Below, one piece after another: positions 53,327 to 62,291 of a DNA stretch of 64,000 nt. Each line of letters opens with the position of its first letter. Position 1 is the stretch's first letter. The notes under the pieces were generated by a model. It had not been told where the DNA came from. It saw only the letters and a program-made list of their open reading frames with translations, and searched no databases. The translations under genes and the position numbers were made by a program. Origin of the DNA: an uncultured Gammaproteobacteria bacterium (lineage in GTDB: Bacteria > Pseudomonadota > Gammaproteobacteria > Steroidobacterales > Steroidobacteraceae); the NCBI GenBank assembly GCA_963699955.1, contig CAVOVV010000005.1, forward strand, positions 122,001 through 186,000, written 5' to 3'.

Positions 53327-54403
53327 ATGCGCCAGAGCGACCCGGTGCGCGCGCCTCCACTGATCGTGCGCTTCGCCGCCTTCGGGGACGTGGTGCTGAT
53401 CACGGCAATGATCGAAGTGCTGTACCGGCGTTACGGCACGCCCGTCGATCTGCTGAGTTCCGGCTCCTGGACGCGCCCCCTATTGGCCGATGATCCGCGC
53501 GTGGGCCGGATCCAGCTGGTGACCAGCCGCAAGACCCCCTATCCATTGAGGCCCAGCCAGTGGCGGGCGGTGCGCTGGATGCGCGCGCGCGGTCTTGGCC
53601 CCGTATACCAGTGCGATCCGGAACCCAAGGCTCAGTGGCTGGTCGAGCACGCCGGCATCCCGCGGGAATGGATTATCCGCGCGCATGACTTCCCCGCGCC
53701 CCGGCCGATGCACTGGACCGAGTGGTGGCTGGCGATTGCCATGCTCACTCCGCCAGCGCTGCGGCCGCCGCCGCCGCTTCTGGACACCGCGCAGGTCGAT
53801 GCCGTGCCGCGTCTGTATGTGGGCGCCAAGGCCCGGGAGGACTGCCAGCGCTGGCTGGCCGAGCGCGGCTGGGGCGACGGACCCTCGGTGCTGATTCAGG
53901 CCGGCAACAAGCGCACGCTCAAGCGCGGTCGGCGGATCGGCACGAGCGATGCGAAGTACTGGCCGCCGCAGCGCTGGGGCGCGCTGGCACGCGGCGTGCT
54001 CGAGCGCCTGCCGGGTGCGCGCGTGTTGCTGACGGGCGCGCCGGTCGAACACGCGGTGATCGAGTCGATCCGGCGCGCCGCGGACTCGCCGCGCGTGCAC
54101 AATCTTGCCACCGACATGACGGTGCCGCGCCTGCTTGCCCTGCTGGAGCGCGCCGATAGCATGATCTCGGTGGACACCGGCCCGGCGCATGCCGCCGCCG
54201 CGCTCGACTGCCCGCTGACGGTGATGTTTGCCAACGCGGACCAGCGCTGGTGGCGGCCCCGTTCCCGGCTCGGGCGCGTGGCCGTGCTGGGCGGGGGCGC
54301 CGGACAGGCGAGTCGCCTGCTCGACATCCCGGTCGAGCAGGTGCTCGAGGCCTGGAGCGCTTTGGGCGGACGCACGCCTCGGCCGGCGCGTCCGATTGCT
54401 TAA
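53327..54403 (+). CDS. Glycosyltransferase family 9 (LPS heptosyltransferase-like)
   Basis: N-terminal IVRFAAFGDVVLITAM and C-terminal SVDTGPAHAAAALDCPLTVMF resemble GT9 signatures. It heads a heptose-biosynthesis cluster. Confidence 0.7.
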   Translation: MRQSDPVRAPPLIVRFAAFGDVVLITAMIEVLYRRYGTPVDLLSSGSWTRPLLADDPRVGRIQLVTSRKTPYPLRPSQWRAVRWMRARGLGPVYQCDPEPKAQWLVEHAGIPREWIIRAHDFPAPRPMHWTEWWLAIAMLTPPALRPPPPLLDTAQVDAVPRLYVGAKAREDCQRWLAERGWGDGPSVLIQAGNKRTLKRGRRIGTSDAKYWPPQRWGALARGVLERLPGARVLLTGAPVEHAVIESIRRAADSPRVHNLATDMTVPRLLALLERADSMISVDTGPAHAAAALDCPLTVMFANADQRWWRPRSRLGRVAVLGGGAGQASRLLDIPVEQVLEAWSALGGRTPRPARPIA

Positions 54404-54481
54404 AGTAGGGAAGTCGGGCAGGATTTTGCGGCCCACCGTGCCCGTGGCCGGGCCCGGGGCCCCGCCATCGCCAGGAATTCC

Positions 54482-55051
54482 ATGAGCACGAAGTTTCAGC
54501 AAAACCTGGACGAGCATCGTGCCCTGTTTGCCCGCCTGGAATCCCTGTCCGAGCCGGTGGCACAGGCCGCCACCCTAATGGTCGACGCGCTATCGGCCGG
54601 CCGCAAGCTGATGCTGTGCGGGAACGGTGGTTCGGCCGCGGACTCCCAGCACCTGGCGGCCGAATTCACCGGGCGGTTCATCGATGATCGCCGGCCGCTC
54701 GCCGCCATGGCTCTGTCGACCGACACTTCGGCGCTGACCTGCATCGCCAATGACTACTCCTTTGATGAGGTGTTTTACCGCCAGGTGATGGGGCTAGGGG
54801 TGGCGGGCGACTGTCTGGTGGCCATCTCCACTTCCGGAAATTCCAAGAATGTGGTGCGCGCCGTCGAGGCCGCCCGCGCCCTGAAGATGCGCACCATCGG
54901 CTTACTCGGCCGCGACGGCGGGCAACTCGCCGGGATGTGCGACGTGCCCGTCATCGTGCCCAGCTCGACCACCGCACGCATCCAGGAGGCCCATATCCTG
55001 ATCGGCCATACCCTGTGCGGAATGGTCGAAGAGTTGCTGCAGCTGGCCTGA
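54482..55051 (+). CDS. gmhA: Phosphoheptose isomerase
   Basis: SIS domain protein with CGNGGSAADSQHLAAEF, ISTSGNSKNV and QEAHILIGH. Confidence 0.9.
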   Translation: MSTKFQQNLDEHRALFARLESLSEPVAQAATLMVDALSAGRKLMLCGNGGSAADSQHLAAEFTGRFIDDRRPLAAMALSTDTSALTCIANDYSFDEVFYRQVMGLGVAGDCLVAISTSGNSKNVVRAVEAARALKMRTIGLLGRDGGQLAGMCDVPVIVPSSTTARIQEAHILIGHTLCGMVEELLQLA

Positions 55052-55066
55052 CTCCCGGCAGCCCCC

Positions 55067-55996
55067 ATGACCGACATGAAAGCGAAATTTCAGCGCGCCC
55101 GCGTGCTGGTGGTGGGCGATGCGATGCTGGATCGGTACTGGTTCGGGTCGGTCGACCGGATTTCCCCCGAGGCCCCGGTGCCGGTGGTGCGGATTTCCCG
55201 CGAGGAGGAGCGCCTCGGCGGCGCCGCGAATGTCGCCCTCAACATCAAGGCGCTGGGCGCGCAGGCCTCGCTGATGACCGTGGTGGGAACTGACGAGCCG
55301 GCGGGCAAGCTGCGCAAGTTACTTGCCGAGCACGGCGTGCAATCGCTCCTGGGGAGCGATGCGCAGCTCAACACCATCGTCAAGCTGCGGGTCATCGGCC
55401 GCGCCCAGCAGCTTATCCGCCTGGACTTTGAGAATCAGCCGGACCACGAAGTCCTGGCGCTCATGCTCAACGACTACCAGCGAGTGCTGCCCGAGCACGA
55501 CGCGGTATTATTTTCGGACTACGGCAAGGGCGGCCTGACGCACATTCCGCGCATGATTGCGCTGGCGCGCGCGGCCGGAACCCCGGTGCTGGTCGATCCA
55601 AAAGGCAATGACTACGCGCGCTACGCAGGCGCCACGGTGATTACGCCCAACCGCGAGGAGCTGGCGCAGGTGATCGGCCCGTGGTCCAGCGAGGAGCAGC
55701 TGCACGAACGCGCGCAAAAGCTGCGCCAGGCGCAGGGCTTCGGGGCCATCCTGCTGACGCGGAGCGGGGAGGGCATTTCGCTCTTTGACGCGGGCGGCCA
55801 CCTGCAGGTGCCCGCGCTGGCGCGCGAGGTGTTTGACGTGACCGGCGCCGGCGACACCGTGATTGCCGTACTGGCGGTGCTGCTGGCCTGCGGCATGGGC
55901 CTGCGCGACGCCTTGCCGGTGGTCAATCGAGCCGGCGGCATCGTGGTCGGAAAATTCGGCGCCGCCAATCTCGGCTACGAGGAGTTGTTTCCGTGA
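55067..55996 (+). CDS. hldA: D-glycero-beta-D-manno-heptose 7-phosphate kinase (stand-alone HldE domain I)
   Basis: Ribokinase-fold with [42 protein letters not shown]. It ends before any cytidylyltransferase domain. Confidence 0.85.
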   Translation: MTDMKAKFQRARVLVVGDAMLDRYWFGSVDRISPEAPVPVVRISREEERLGGAANVALNIKALGAQASLMTVVGTDEPAGKLRKLLAEHGVQSLLGSDAQLNTIVKLRVIGRAQQLIRLDFENQPDHEVLALMLNDYQRVLPEHDAVLFSDYGKGGLTHIPRMIALARAAGTPVLVDPKGNDYARYAGATVITPNREELAQVIGPWSSEEQLHERAQKLRQAQGFGAILLTRSGEGISLFDAGGHLQVPALAREVFDVTGAGDTVIAVLAVLLACGMGLRDALPVVNRAGGIVVGKFGAANLGYEELFP

Positions 55997-56009
55997 CCGG
56001 GCGAGCCAC

Positions 56010-57005
56010 GTGAAGGCGGTAGTCACCGGTGCGGCCGGCATGATCGGCAGCAACCTGGTGCACGGGCTGAACGCCCGCGGCATCGACGAGGTCATCGCGG
56101 TCGATGACCTGAGCGACGGTTCGAAGTACCGCAACCTGGCGGGTGCGCGGCTGAGCGACTATTTCGACAAGGACGATTTCTACGGCCGCTTTGCGCGCCG
56201 CGAGTTCGGCCGCGTGGACGTGGTGCTGCACCAGGGCGCCTGCTCCGACACCATGGAGCACAACGGCCGCCTCATGCTGGACAGCAATTACCGCTGCTCG
56301 AGGAATCTGCTCGAGGCCTGCCAGGCGCAGGGCACGCGATTGCTGTATGCCTCGACCGCCGCCATATATGGCGGCAGCGTCACGTTTCGCGAGCAAGCCG
56401 AGTTCGAGCGGCCGCTGAATGTCTACGGCTATTCAAAACTGCTGTTTGACCAGGTGGTGCGCCGCCGTCTGGGCAGCATGGCGTCGCAGGTGGCCGGGTT
56501 CCGCTACTTCAACGTGTACGGGCCGCGCGAACAGCACAAGGGCCGCATGGCGTCGGTGGCGTTCCACAACTACGGCCAGTTCCGCGAGGCTGGAAGCGTG
56601 CGCCTGTTCGGTGAGTACGGTGGCTATCGCGCGGGCGAGCAGCAGCGCGATTTCGTGTACGTCGATGACGTGGTGGCGGTCAATATGTGGTTCCTCGAGC
56701 ATCCCGATCGCAATGGCATATTCAATCTCGGCACCGGCCGGGCGCAGAGCTTTAACGAGGTCGCGCAGGCCACGGTCAATGCGTGTCGGGCGGTGCGCGG
56801 CGAGGGCGCGCTGGCACTCGAGCAGCTGGTCGCCAAGAAGCTGATTCAGTACGTCGAGTTTCCGGCGGCGCTGGCCGGCAAGTACCAGTGCCACACCCAG
56901 GCCGACCTGGCAGCGCTGCGCGCCGCCGGCTGCGAACTGCAATTCGTGGACGTGGCCACCGGCGTCAAGCGCTACGTCGATTGGCTGGCGGCATCGTCCC
57001 CTTGA
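56010..57005 (+). CDS. hldD: ADP-L-glycero-D-manno-heptose 6-epimerase
   Basis: [35 protein letters not shown] and collinear similarity to E. coli HldD as I remember it. GTG start. Confidence 0.85.
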   Translation: MKAVVTGAAGMIGSNLVHGLNARGIDEVIAVDDLSDGSKYRNLAGARLSDYFDKDDFYGRFARREFGRVDVVLHQGACSDTMEHNGRLMLDSNYRCSRNLLEACQAQGTRLLYASTAAIYGGSVTFREQAEFERPLNVYGYSKLLFDQVVRRRLGSMASQVAGFRYFNVYGPREQHKGRMASVAFHNYGQFREAGSVRLFGEYGGYRAGEQQRDFVYVDDVVAVNMWFLEHPDRNGIFNLGTGRAQSFNEVAQATVNACRAVRGEGALALEQLVAKKLIQYVEFPAALAGKYQCHTQADLAALRAAGCELQFVDVATGVKRYVDWLAASSP

Positions 57006-57484
57006 ACGCTCCGAGTGCGCTGCTGCAAAAATTCATACCCGCCGCGGCCCTCGGGGAGCGAACGTTGCGGCGGCCGCTGGTATTTACCAACGGCGTCTTC
57101 GACGTGCTGCACACCGGGCACGTGACCTACCTGGAGGCCGCGCGCCGCCTGGGCGCAGCCCTATTGGTGGCCGTGAACACGGATGCTTCGGCGAGGCGCC
57201 TGCGCAAAGGACCGGACCGGCCCCTCAACCGGGAATCGGACCGCGCGACCGTCATCGCCGCGCTGGCCAGCGTGGACTACGTGACGCTCTTCGATGAGGA
57301 CACGCCCTGCGAGCTGATGCCGCGCTGCCGGCCGGAGATCTACGTCAAGGGGGGCGACTATGCCATCGACGCGCTGGCCGAGACCGCGTTGGTGCGTAGC
57401 TGGGGCGGGGAGGCGGTGGCGATCCCGTTTGTCGAGGGCTATTCCACCACGGCACTCCTGCAGCGAATTCGCGGGAGCCGCTGA
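57002..57484 (+). CDS. hldC: D-glycero-beta-D-manno-heptose 1-phosphate adenylyltransferase (stand-alone HldE domain II)
   Basis: [36 protein letters not shown] is the cytidylyltransferase HxGH motif. The TTG start overlaps the hldD stop. The start codon is uncertain. Confidence 0.75.
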   Translation: MNAPSALLQKFIPAAALGERTLRRPLVFTNGVFDVLHTGHVTYLEAARRLGAALLVAVNTDASARRLRKGPDRPLNRESDRATVIAALASVDYVTLFDEDTPCELMPRCRPEIYVKGGDYAIDALAETALVRSWGGEAVAIPFVEGYSTTALLQRIRGSR

Positions 57485-57514
57485 CTTGCCGGTGGGCACG
57501 CAGCCGGCGGTCCC

Positions 57515-58075
57515 ATGAAGGGCGCCTTCATCGATCGCGACGGCGTCATCATCGAAGAGCGCGGCTATGCGTACAAGATCGAGGACTTTGCGCCGCTCCC
57601 GGGGGCGATCGCCGCGCTGCGCGATCTGCACTCCGCCGGCTACCGACTGGTGGTGATCACCAATCAGTCCGGAATCGCGCGCGGACTGTACAGCGAGGCG
57701 GACTACCTGAACTTCAACGCGCACATGCAGGCGCGCCTGGAGGCCGAAGGGGTGCGACTGGACGCCGTGGAATACTGCCCGCATCTGCCCGATGCGCCGG
57801 TGGCGCGCTACCGGCTCGATTGCGAATGCCGCAAGCCCCGGCCGGCGATGCTGCAACGGGCGGCCGACCGGCTCGGCATCGATCTGGCCGGTTCGGTGCT
57901 GGTCGGGGACCGGCGCACGGACATCGAGGCCGGGCGCGCCGCCGGGGTCGGCCGCTGCTTTCTGGTGCGCAGCGGGCAACGCCTCGCAGAGCAGGATGCG
58001 TCGCTCGCCGATGGCGTCTACGAGGATCTGGGCGCCTGCGTGCGCGGGCTGCTCGCGCCGCTCCCGGCCGGCTAG
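57515..58075 (+). CDS. gmhB: D-glycero-D-manno-heptose 1,7-bisphosphate phosphatase
   Basis: HAD motif FIDRDGVI, VVITNQSGIARG, CxHxxxxxCxCRKP zinc motif (YCPHLPD..CECRKPRP) and VGDRRTDIEAG. Confidence 0.85.
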   Translation: MKGAFIDRDGVIIEERGYAYKIEDFAPLPGAIAALRDLHSAGYRLVVITNQSGIARGLYSEADYLNFNAHMQARLEAEGVRLDAVEYCPHLPDAPVARYRLDCECRKPRPAMLQRAADRLGIDLAGSVLVGDRRTDIEAGRAAGVGRCFLVRSGQRLAEQDASLADGVYEDLGACVRGLLAPLPAG

Positions 58076-59388
58076 GCGGGATTTTCCAGGGTAAAGCGCG
58101 CGCTCTCGTCTTCGTAAGCGAACACTTCCGCGTAGCGACCCCAGCTGATGATGGCGCGCAGGGTTTGCTCGGCGGCCTCCTCGGTCATGAAATCCTCGAG
58201 CTCGTCGATGAAGCGGCTCTTGCGCGCCACGTGCGAGGTGCGCTCGTCGAGCACCCGCCGCACGTGCGCCGCCAGCGGCACGTAGGCCAGCAGCTGGCGG
58301 GCAAAGATGCGCTTGCGTTCATCGCGCTCGGCGTTGCAAAACGCGCGGCCGGCGTCGGTAAGCTTCAGGTCGCCGCCTTCCAGCTCCGCGAAGCGCAGCA
58401 TTTGCAACGTCTCGGCCACCGGAAAGAGCTCGTCGATCTCCATCTGCAGATCGGTGGCGATCTTCGGCAGATCGGCCATACCGTTGTAGGGCGCCGCGGC
58501 CACCGCCTCGAGCAGGCCCGACAGTTCGTTGGAGGAAACGTGCGGCAGCGCGCTGCCGATCCCCTGCCCGGGAAAGAATTCGGTGCGCGTGCCGGTGGGG
58601 GGGGTGAGGGCGCGCGCGGTCATCTCGACGTAGATGCGCTCCACCAGCTCGCGGAATGAGGGGTCGAGGCGGTTGCGCGGCTGGGGCAGCGTCACCTCGA
58701 TCTCCGACAATACCCGGCCCGGATTGCTGCCGAACACCAGGATGCGATCACACATCAGGACCGCCTCCTCGATGTTGTGCGTGACCAGGATGACGCCCTT
58801 GATCGGCATGCGTCCTTCGGACCACAGGTCGAGGAAATCGGTGCGTAGCGTTTCGGCGGTGAGCACGTCCAGCGCCGAGAACGGCTCATCCATCAGCAGG
58901 ATGTTGGGATGCACCACCAGCGCGCGGGCGAAGCCGACGCGCTGGCGCATGCCGCCCGAGAGTTCACGCGGGTAGGCCGACTCGAATCCATCCAGGCCGA
59001 TCAGGTCGATGGCCGCCAGCGTGCGTTTGCGGATCTCGGTGCGCGCCAGGCGCTGCGCCTCCAGGCCGAGCGCGACATTTTCGTACACGGTGAGCCAAGG
59101 AAATAGCGCAAAGCTCTGAAAGACCATGGCGATCCCGGCCGCGGGACCATCGACCGGGTTGCCCAGGTAATTGAGGGCGCCGCGACTGGGCTCGGACAGA
59201 CCGGCGATCAATCGCAGCAGCGTGGACTTGCCCGATCCCGAACGGCCCAGCAGCCCGACGATCTGGCCGCTGGCCAGCCGCAGGTTCACACCCTCAAGCA
59301 CCAACAGCTCCTGGCCGTCAGGTTTTGGGAACGACTTGGCGATCCCGGTCACCTGCAGCAACGGCACCGCGTCGATGACGGCGTTCAT
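58072..59388 (-). CDS. ABC transporter ATP-binding protein (NitT/TauT-like) with a C-terminal AAA-associated domain
   Basis: Walker A GRSGSGKSTLL, signature LSGGMRQRVGFARAL and Walker B ILLMDEPFSALD, plus a C-terminal non-ABC domain of about 190 aa. Confidence 0.85.
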   Translation of the reverse strand: MNAVIDAVPLLQVTGIAKSFPKPDGQELLVLEGVNLRLASGQIVGLLGRSGSGKSTLLRLIAGLSEPSRGALNYLGNPVDGPAAGIAMVFQSFALFPWLTVYENVALGLEAQRLARTEIRKRTLAAIDLIGLDGFESAYPRELSGGMRQRVGFARALVVHPNILLMDEPFSALDVLTAETLRTDFLDLWSEGRMPIKGVILVTHNIEEAVLMCDRILVFGSNPGRVLSEIEVTLPQPRNRLDPSFRELVERIYVEMTARALTPPTGTRTEFFPGQGIGSALPHVSSNELSGLLEAVAAAPYNGMADLPKIATDLQMEIDELFPVAETLQMLRFAELEGGDLKLTDAGRAFCNAERDERKRIFARQLLAYVPLAAHVRRVLDERTSHVARKSRFIDELEDFMTEEAAEQTLRAIISWGRYAEVFAYEDESARFTLENPA

Positions 59389-59403
59389 GAGTGCATCCTT
59401 GCC

Positions 59404-61140
59404 TCAGCTGAGCCGGTAGTGGCGTTCAGCGTAGTAATACAGCGGTCGCCAAAAGGCCCGATTGATCGTAACCACAAACAGGCACATCGTGGTGATGCCG
59501 AGCACGATGCGATGATAGTCGCCCGCTGCGGTCGCCGTGGCGATATAGGCGCCAAGCCCCTGAGCGCGCACTTCGGTGCGGCCCCAGCTGGCTAGCTCCG
59601 CGACGATGGCCGCATTCCACGAGCCCCCCGAGGCGGTGATCGCGCCGGTCACGTAATAGGGCATGACCCCAGGCAGTGCGACGCGCCGCCACCACAGCCA
59701 TCCGCCGACGCGGAAATTCTGCGCGGCGTGCCGCAGCTCGGCGGGCATGGCGGCGGCGCCCGCGATCACGTTGAACAGGATGTACCACTGGGTCCCGAGG
59801 ATCATCAAGGGGCTCAGCCAGAGATTCGGGCTCAGCTGCCAGGCCACAATGACGTACACGACCAGCGGAAACAGCAGGTTTGCCGGAAAGGCGGCGAGAA
59901 ACTGCGCGACCGGCTGCACCCACTGCGCGACGCGGGGCCTGAGGCCGATCCACACGCCCACCGGCACCCACACCAGGCTGGCCAGCGCGATCAACACCAC
60001 CACCCGCGCCAGCGTGAGTAAACCCAACACGCCTACTTCGCGCAGCTCGGCCAGATTGGTCCCCGACCACAGCGCCTCACCAAGCTTGCGCAGGGCGAGC
60101 GTGCCGGCGATCAGCAGCAGCGTCATCCAAAGGGCGCTGCCGATCCAGGAGTGGCGCGCGCGGCGCGGGCCAGCGCGCGCTCGCGGCGCCGCGCGCAACG
60201 GCAACGCCCAGCTGGTCCAGCGCACCAGGGCGTAAAAGCTGACCGTCAGGCCCTTGATCAGGCGGGAGCGCCGCATCATGGTCAGCGCCCAGGAGGGTGG
60301 GGGCTCGGCGCCCGGTTCCTGCTCGGCGCGAAAGCGATCCACCCAGGTGATCATCGGGCGGAACAGCAGTTGGTCATACACCAGAATGACCAGGGCCATG
60401 GTGGTGATCGCCCAGCCGATGGCCTGCAGGTTGCGCTGCTCGATGGCGAGCGCAATGTACGAGCCGATACCGGGCAGCGCCACGTGCGTGTGGCCGACGC
60501 TGATCGATTCCGAGGCGACGACGAAAAACCAGCCGCCGGACATCGACATCATCATGTTCCAGGTCAGGGCCGGCAGCGCAAAGGGCACTTCCAGCTGCCA
60601 GAACCGCATCCACGGCGTCAGGTGGAAGGAGGCGGCCGCCTCGGCGAGCTCGGTGGGTACGGTGCGGAGCGATTGGTAGAAGCTGAAGGCCATGTTCCAG
60701 GCCTGGCTGGTGAAGATGGCAAAGATCGCGGCAAATTCCGCGCCCAGCACACGTCCCGGGACCAGCGCCATGAAAAACACCACGCTGATCGAAATGAACC
60801 CGAGGATCGGCACCGACTGCAAGATGTCGAGCAGCGGCACCAGGAAGCGCCCGGCGCGCGGGCTCTTGGCGGCCCAGGTGGCATAGGTCAGGGTAAACAC
60901 CAACGACAGCGCCAGGGCGGCAAACATGCGCAGGGTGGTGCGCGCGGCGTACTCGGGCAAATGCGAGGGCGCCAGCGACAGCGGGGTGGTGTCCAGCTGC
61001 GAGAGCGGGGCCAGCAGGCCGCGGCTGGCCGCGGCCAGGAACGTGACCAGACCAATCACCACAATCAGCGCGAGCGTATCCCAGCGCGTCGCGAACTCGC
61101 GGATAAAGCCAAAAGGTTGGGTGCGGTCCGCTCGAAGCAT
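59404..61140 (-). CDS. ABC transporter permease with duplicated (fused) transmembrane domains
   Basis: 578-aa polytopic protein with two BPD-type permease halves. It is separated by 15 nt from the ATPase gene. No substrate-binding-protein gene is adjacent. Confidence 0.8.
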   Translation of the reverse strand: MLRADRTQPFGFIREFATRWDTLALIVVIGLVTFLAAASRGLLAPLSQLDTTPLSLAPSHLPEYAARTTLRMFAALALSLVFTLTYATWAAKSPRAGRFLVPLLDILQSVPILGFISISVVFFMALVPGRVLGAEFAAIFAIFTSQAWNMAFSFYQSLRTVPTELAEAAASFHLTPWMRFWQLEVPFALPALTWNMMMSMSGGWFFVVASESISVGHTHVALPGIGSYIALAIEQRNLQAIGWAITTMALVILVYDQLLFRPMITWVDRFRAEQEPGAEPPPSWALTMMRRSRLIKGLTVSFYALVRWTSWALPLRAAPRARAGPRRARHSWIGSALWMTLLLIAGTLALRKLGEALWSGTNLAELREVGVLGLLTLARVVVLIALASLVWVPVGVWIGLRPRVAQWVQPVAQFLAAFPANLLFPLVVYVIVAWQLSPNLWLSPLMILGTQWYILFNVIAGAAAMPAELRHAAQNFRVGGWLWWRRVALPGVMPYYVTGAITASGGSWNAAIVAELASWGRTEVRAQGLGAYIATATAAGDYHRIVLGITTMCLFVVTINRAFWRPLYYYAERHYRLS

Positions 61141-61218
61141 GGGATGCCGATCGGGCTGGTTTATAGTGGCGCGCAGTATACGGGTTCAGCACGGGCGGAC
61201 CGACCCTCGGGGTGCCCT

Positions 61219-62214
61219 ATGGCGCAGGAGACTCAGGTGACCGAAGAGCGTTGCGGTGGCATCGCCCCGCACGCGCGCGGTTTTGATTCGGCGAACCCGC
61301 TGGCCGAGCGGCGCACCTTGTGGGTGCTGATCCTCACCGCGATCACCATGGTGCTGGAGATCGTGGCCGGCTGGTGGTACGGGTCGATGGCGCTGCTGGC
61401 CGACGGCTGGCACATGAGCTCGCACGTCATCGCCTTGGGCCTGGCGGTCGCGGCCTATGTGTTGGCGCGGCGCCTGCGGCGCGATGATCGTTTTGCATTC
61501 GGCACCTGGAAGATTGAAGTGCTCGGGGGCTACACCAGCGCGCTGCTGCTGGTCGGCGTGGTCCTGTACATGGCCGTCGAGTGCCTGTCGCGATTGCGAA
61601 ACCCCGGTCTGATTGCCTACGACCAGGCCCTGGGCGTGGCGTTCCTGGGACTGCTGGTCAATTTGGCCTCAGCCGGCCTGCTCGCCGGCGCCGCAGGCCA
61701 CGACGGCGATGCGGCACCGGGCCACGGGCACGCCCACGAGCATGGCCACGCCCACCGCCACGATCGCCCTCCCCAAGTAGACCTCAATCTGCGCTCCGCC
61801 TACCTGCACGTGGCCGCCGACGCGGGCACCTCAGTGCTGGCCATAGGCGCCTTGGCCGGGGGCAAGTATCTGCACCTGGTCTGGCTGGACGCCGCGGTCG
61901 GCCTGTTTGCCTCGCTGGTGGTGGCGGCCTGGGCGTGGTCGCTGTTGCGCTCAACGAGCCGCGTCCTGCTCGACGCGGAAATGGGCGCGCCGGTGGTGGG
62001 AAAGATTCGCCATACCCTGCGCGCGGCGCCCATACCCGTGGAGATCCAGGACCTGCACGTCTGGCGAGTCGGCAAGGGCAGCTACGCCTGCATCCTGAGC
62101 GTCGCCACCAGTGCGCCCGTGAGGCCGGAGTATTTCCGCACCTTGCTGCAGGCGCACGCCGAGATCGTGCATGTCACGGTCGAGGTCAATCCGAGCGTTG
62201 TCGCCTCAACCTAG
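61219..62214 (+). CDS. Cation diffusion facilitator family metal exporter (CzcD/ZitB-like)
   Basis: LADGWHMSSHV and YLHVAADAGTS motifs, six TM-like segments and a His-rich loop GHGHAHEHGHAHRHD. Start at the internal ATG of the 687-aa track ORF. Confidence 0.85.
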   Translation: MAQETQVTEERCGGIAPHARGFDSANPLAERRTLWVLILTAITMVLEIVAGWWYGSMALLADGWHMSSHVIALGLAVAAYVLARRLRRDDRFAFGTWKIEVLGGYTSALLLVGVVLYMAVECLSRLRNPGLIAYDQALGVAFLGLLVNLASAGLLAGAAGHDGDAAPGHGHAHEHGHAHRHDRPPQVDLNLRSAYLHVAADAGTSVLAIGALAGGKYLHLVWLDAAVGLFASLVVAAWAWSLLRSTSRVLLDAEMGAPVVGKIRHTLRAAPIPVEIQDLHVWRVGKGSYACILSVATSAPVRPEYFRTLLQAHAEIVHVTVEVNPSVVAST

Positions 62215-62291
62215 ATTGCGATATTGTCGGCGCTTCGGGACGGAGTAAAACCGCTCCTCACCAGTCCGCAAAGAGCAACAAGGGGACTCAC

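Noticed and set aside
60151-61218. Upstream 356 codons of the 687-aa ORF containing the CDF transporter. The same applies to 61581-62291 upstream of the VOC gene.
   Set aside because: The first lies antisense to the ABC permease, and the second is out of frame over the CDF gene. Both have low-complexity Arg/Gly/Pro composition. The recognisable proteins start at the internal ATGs 61219 and 62292.
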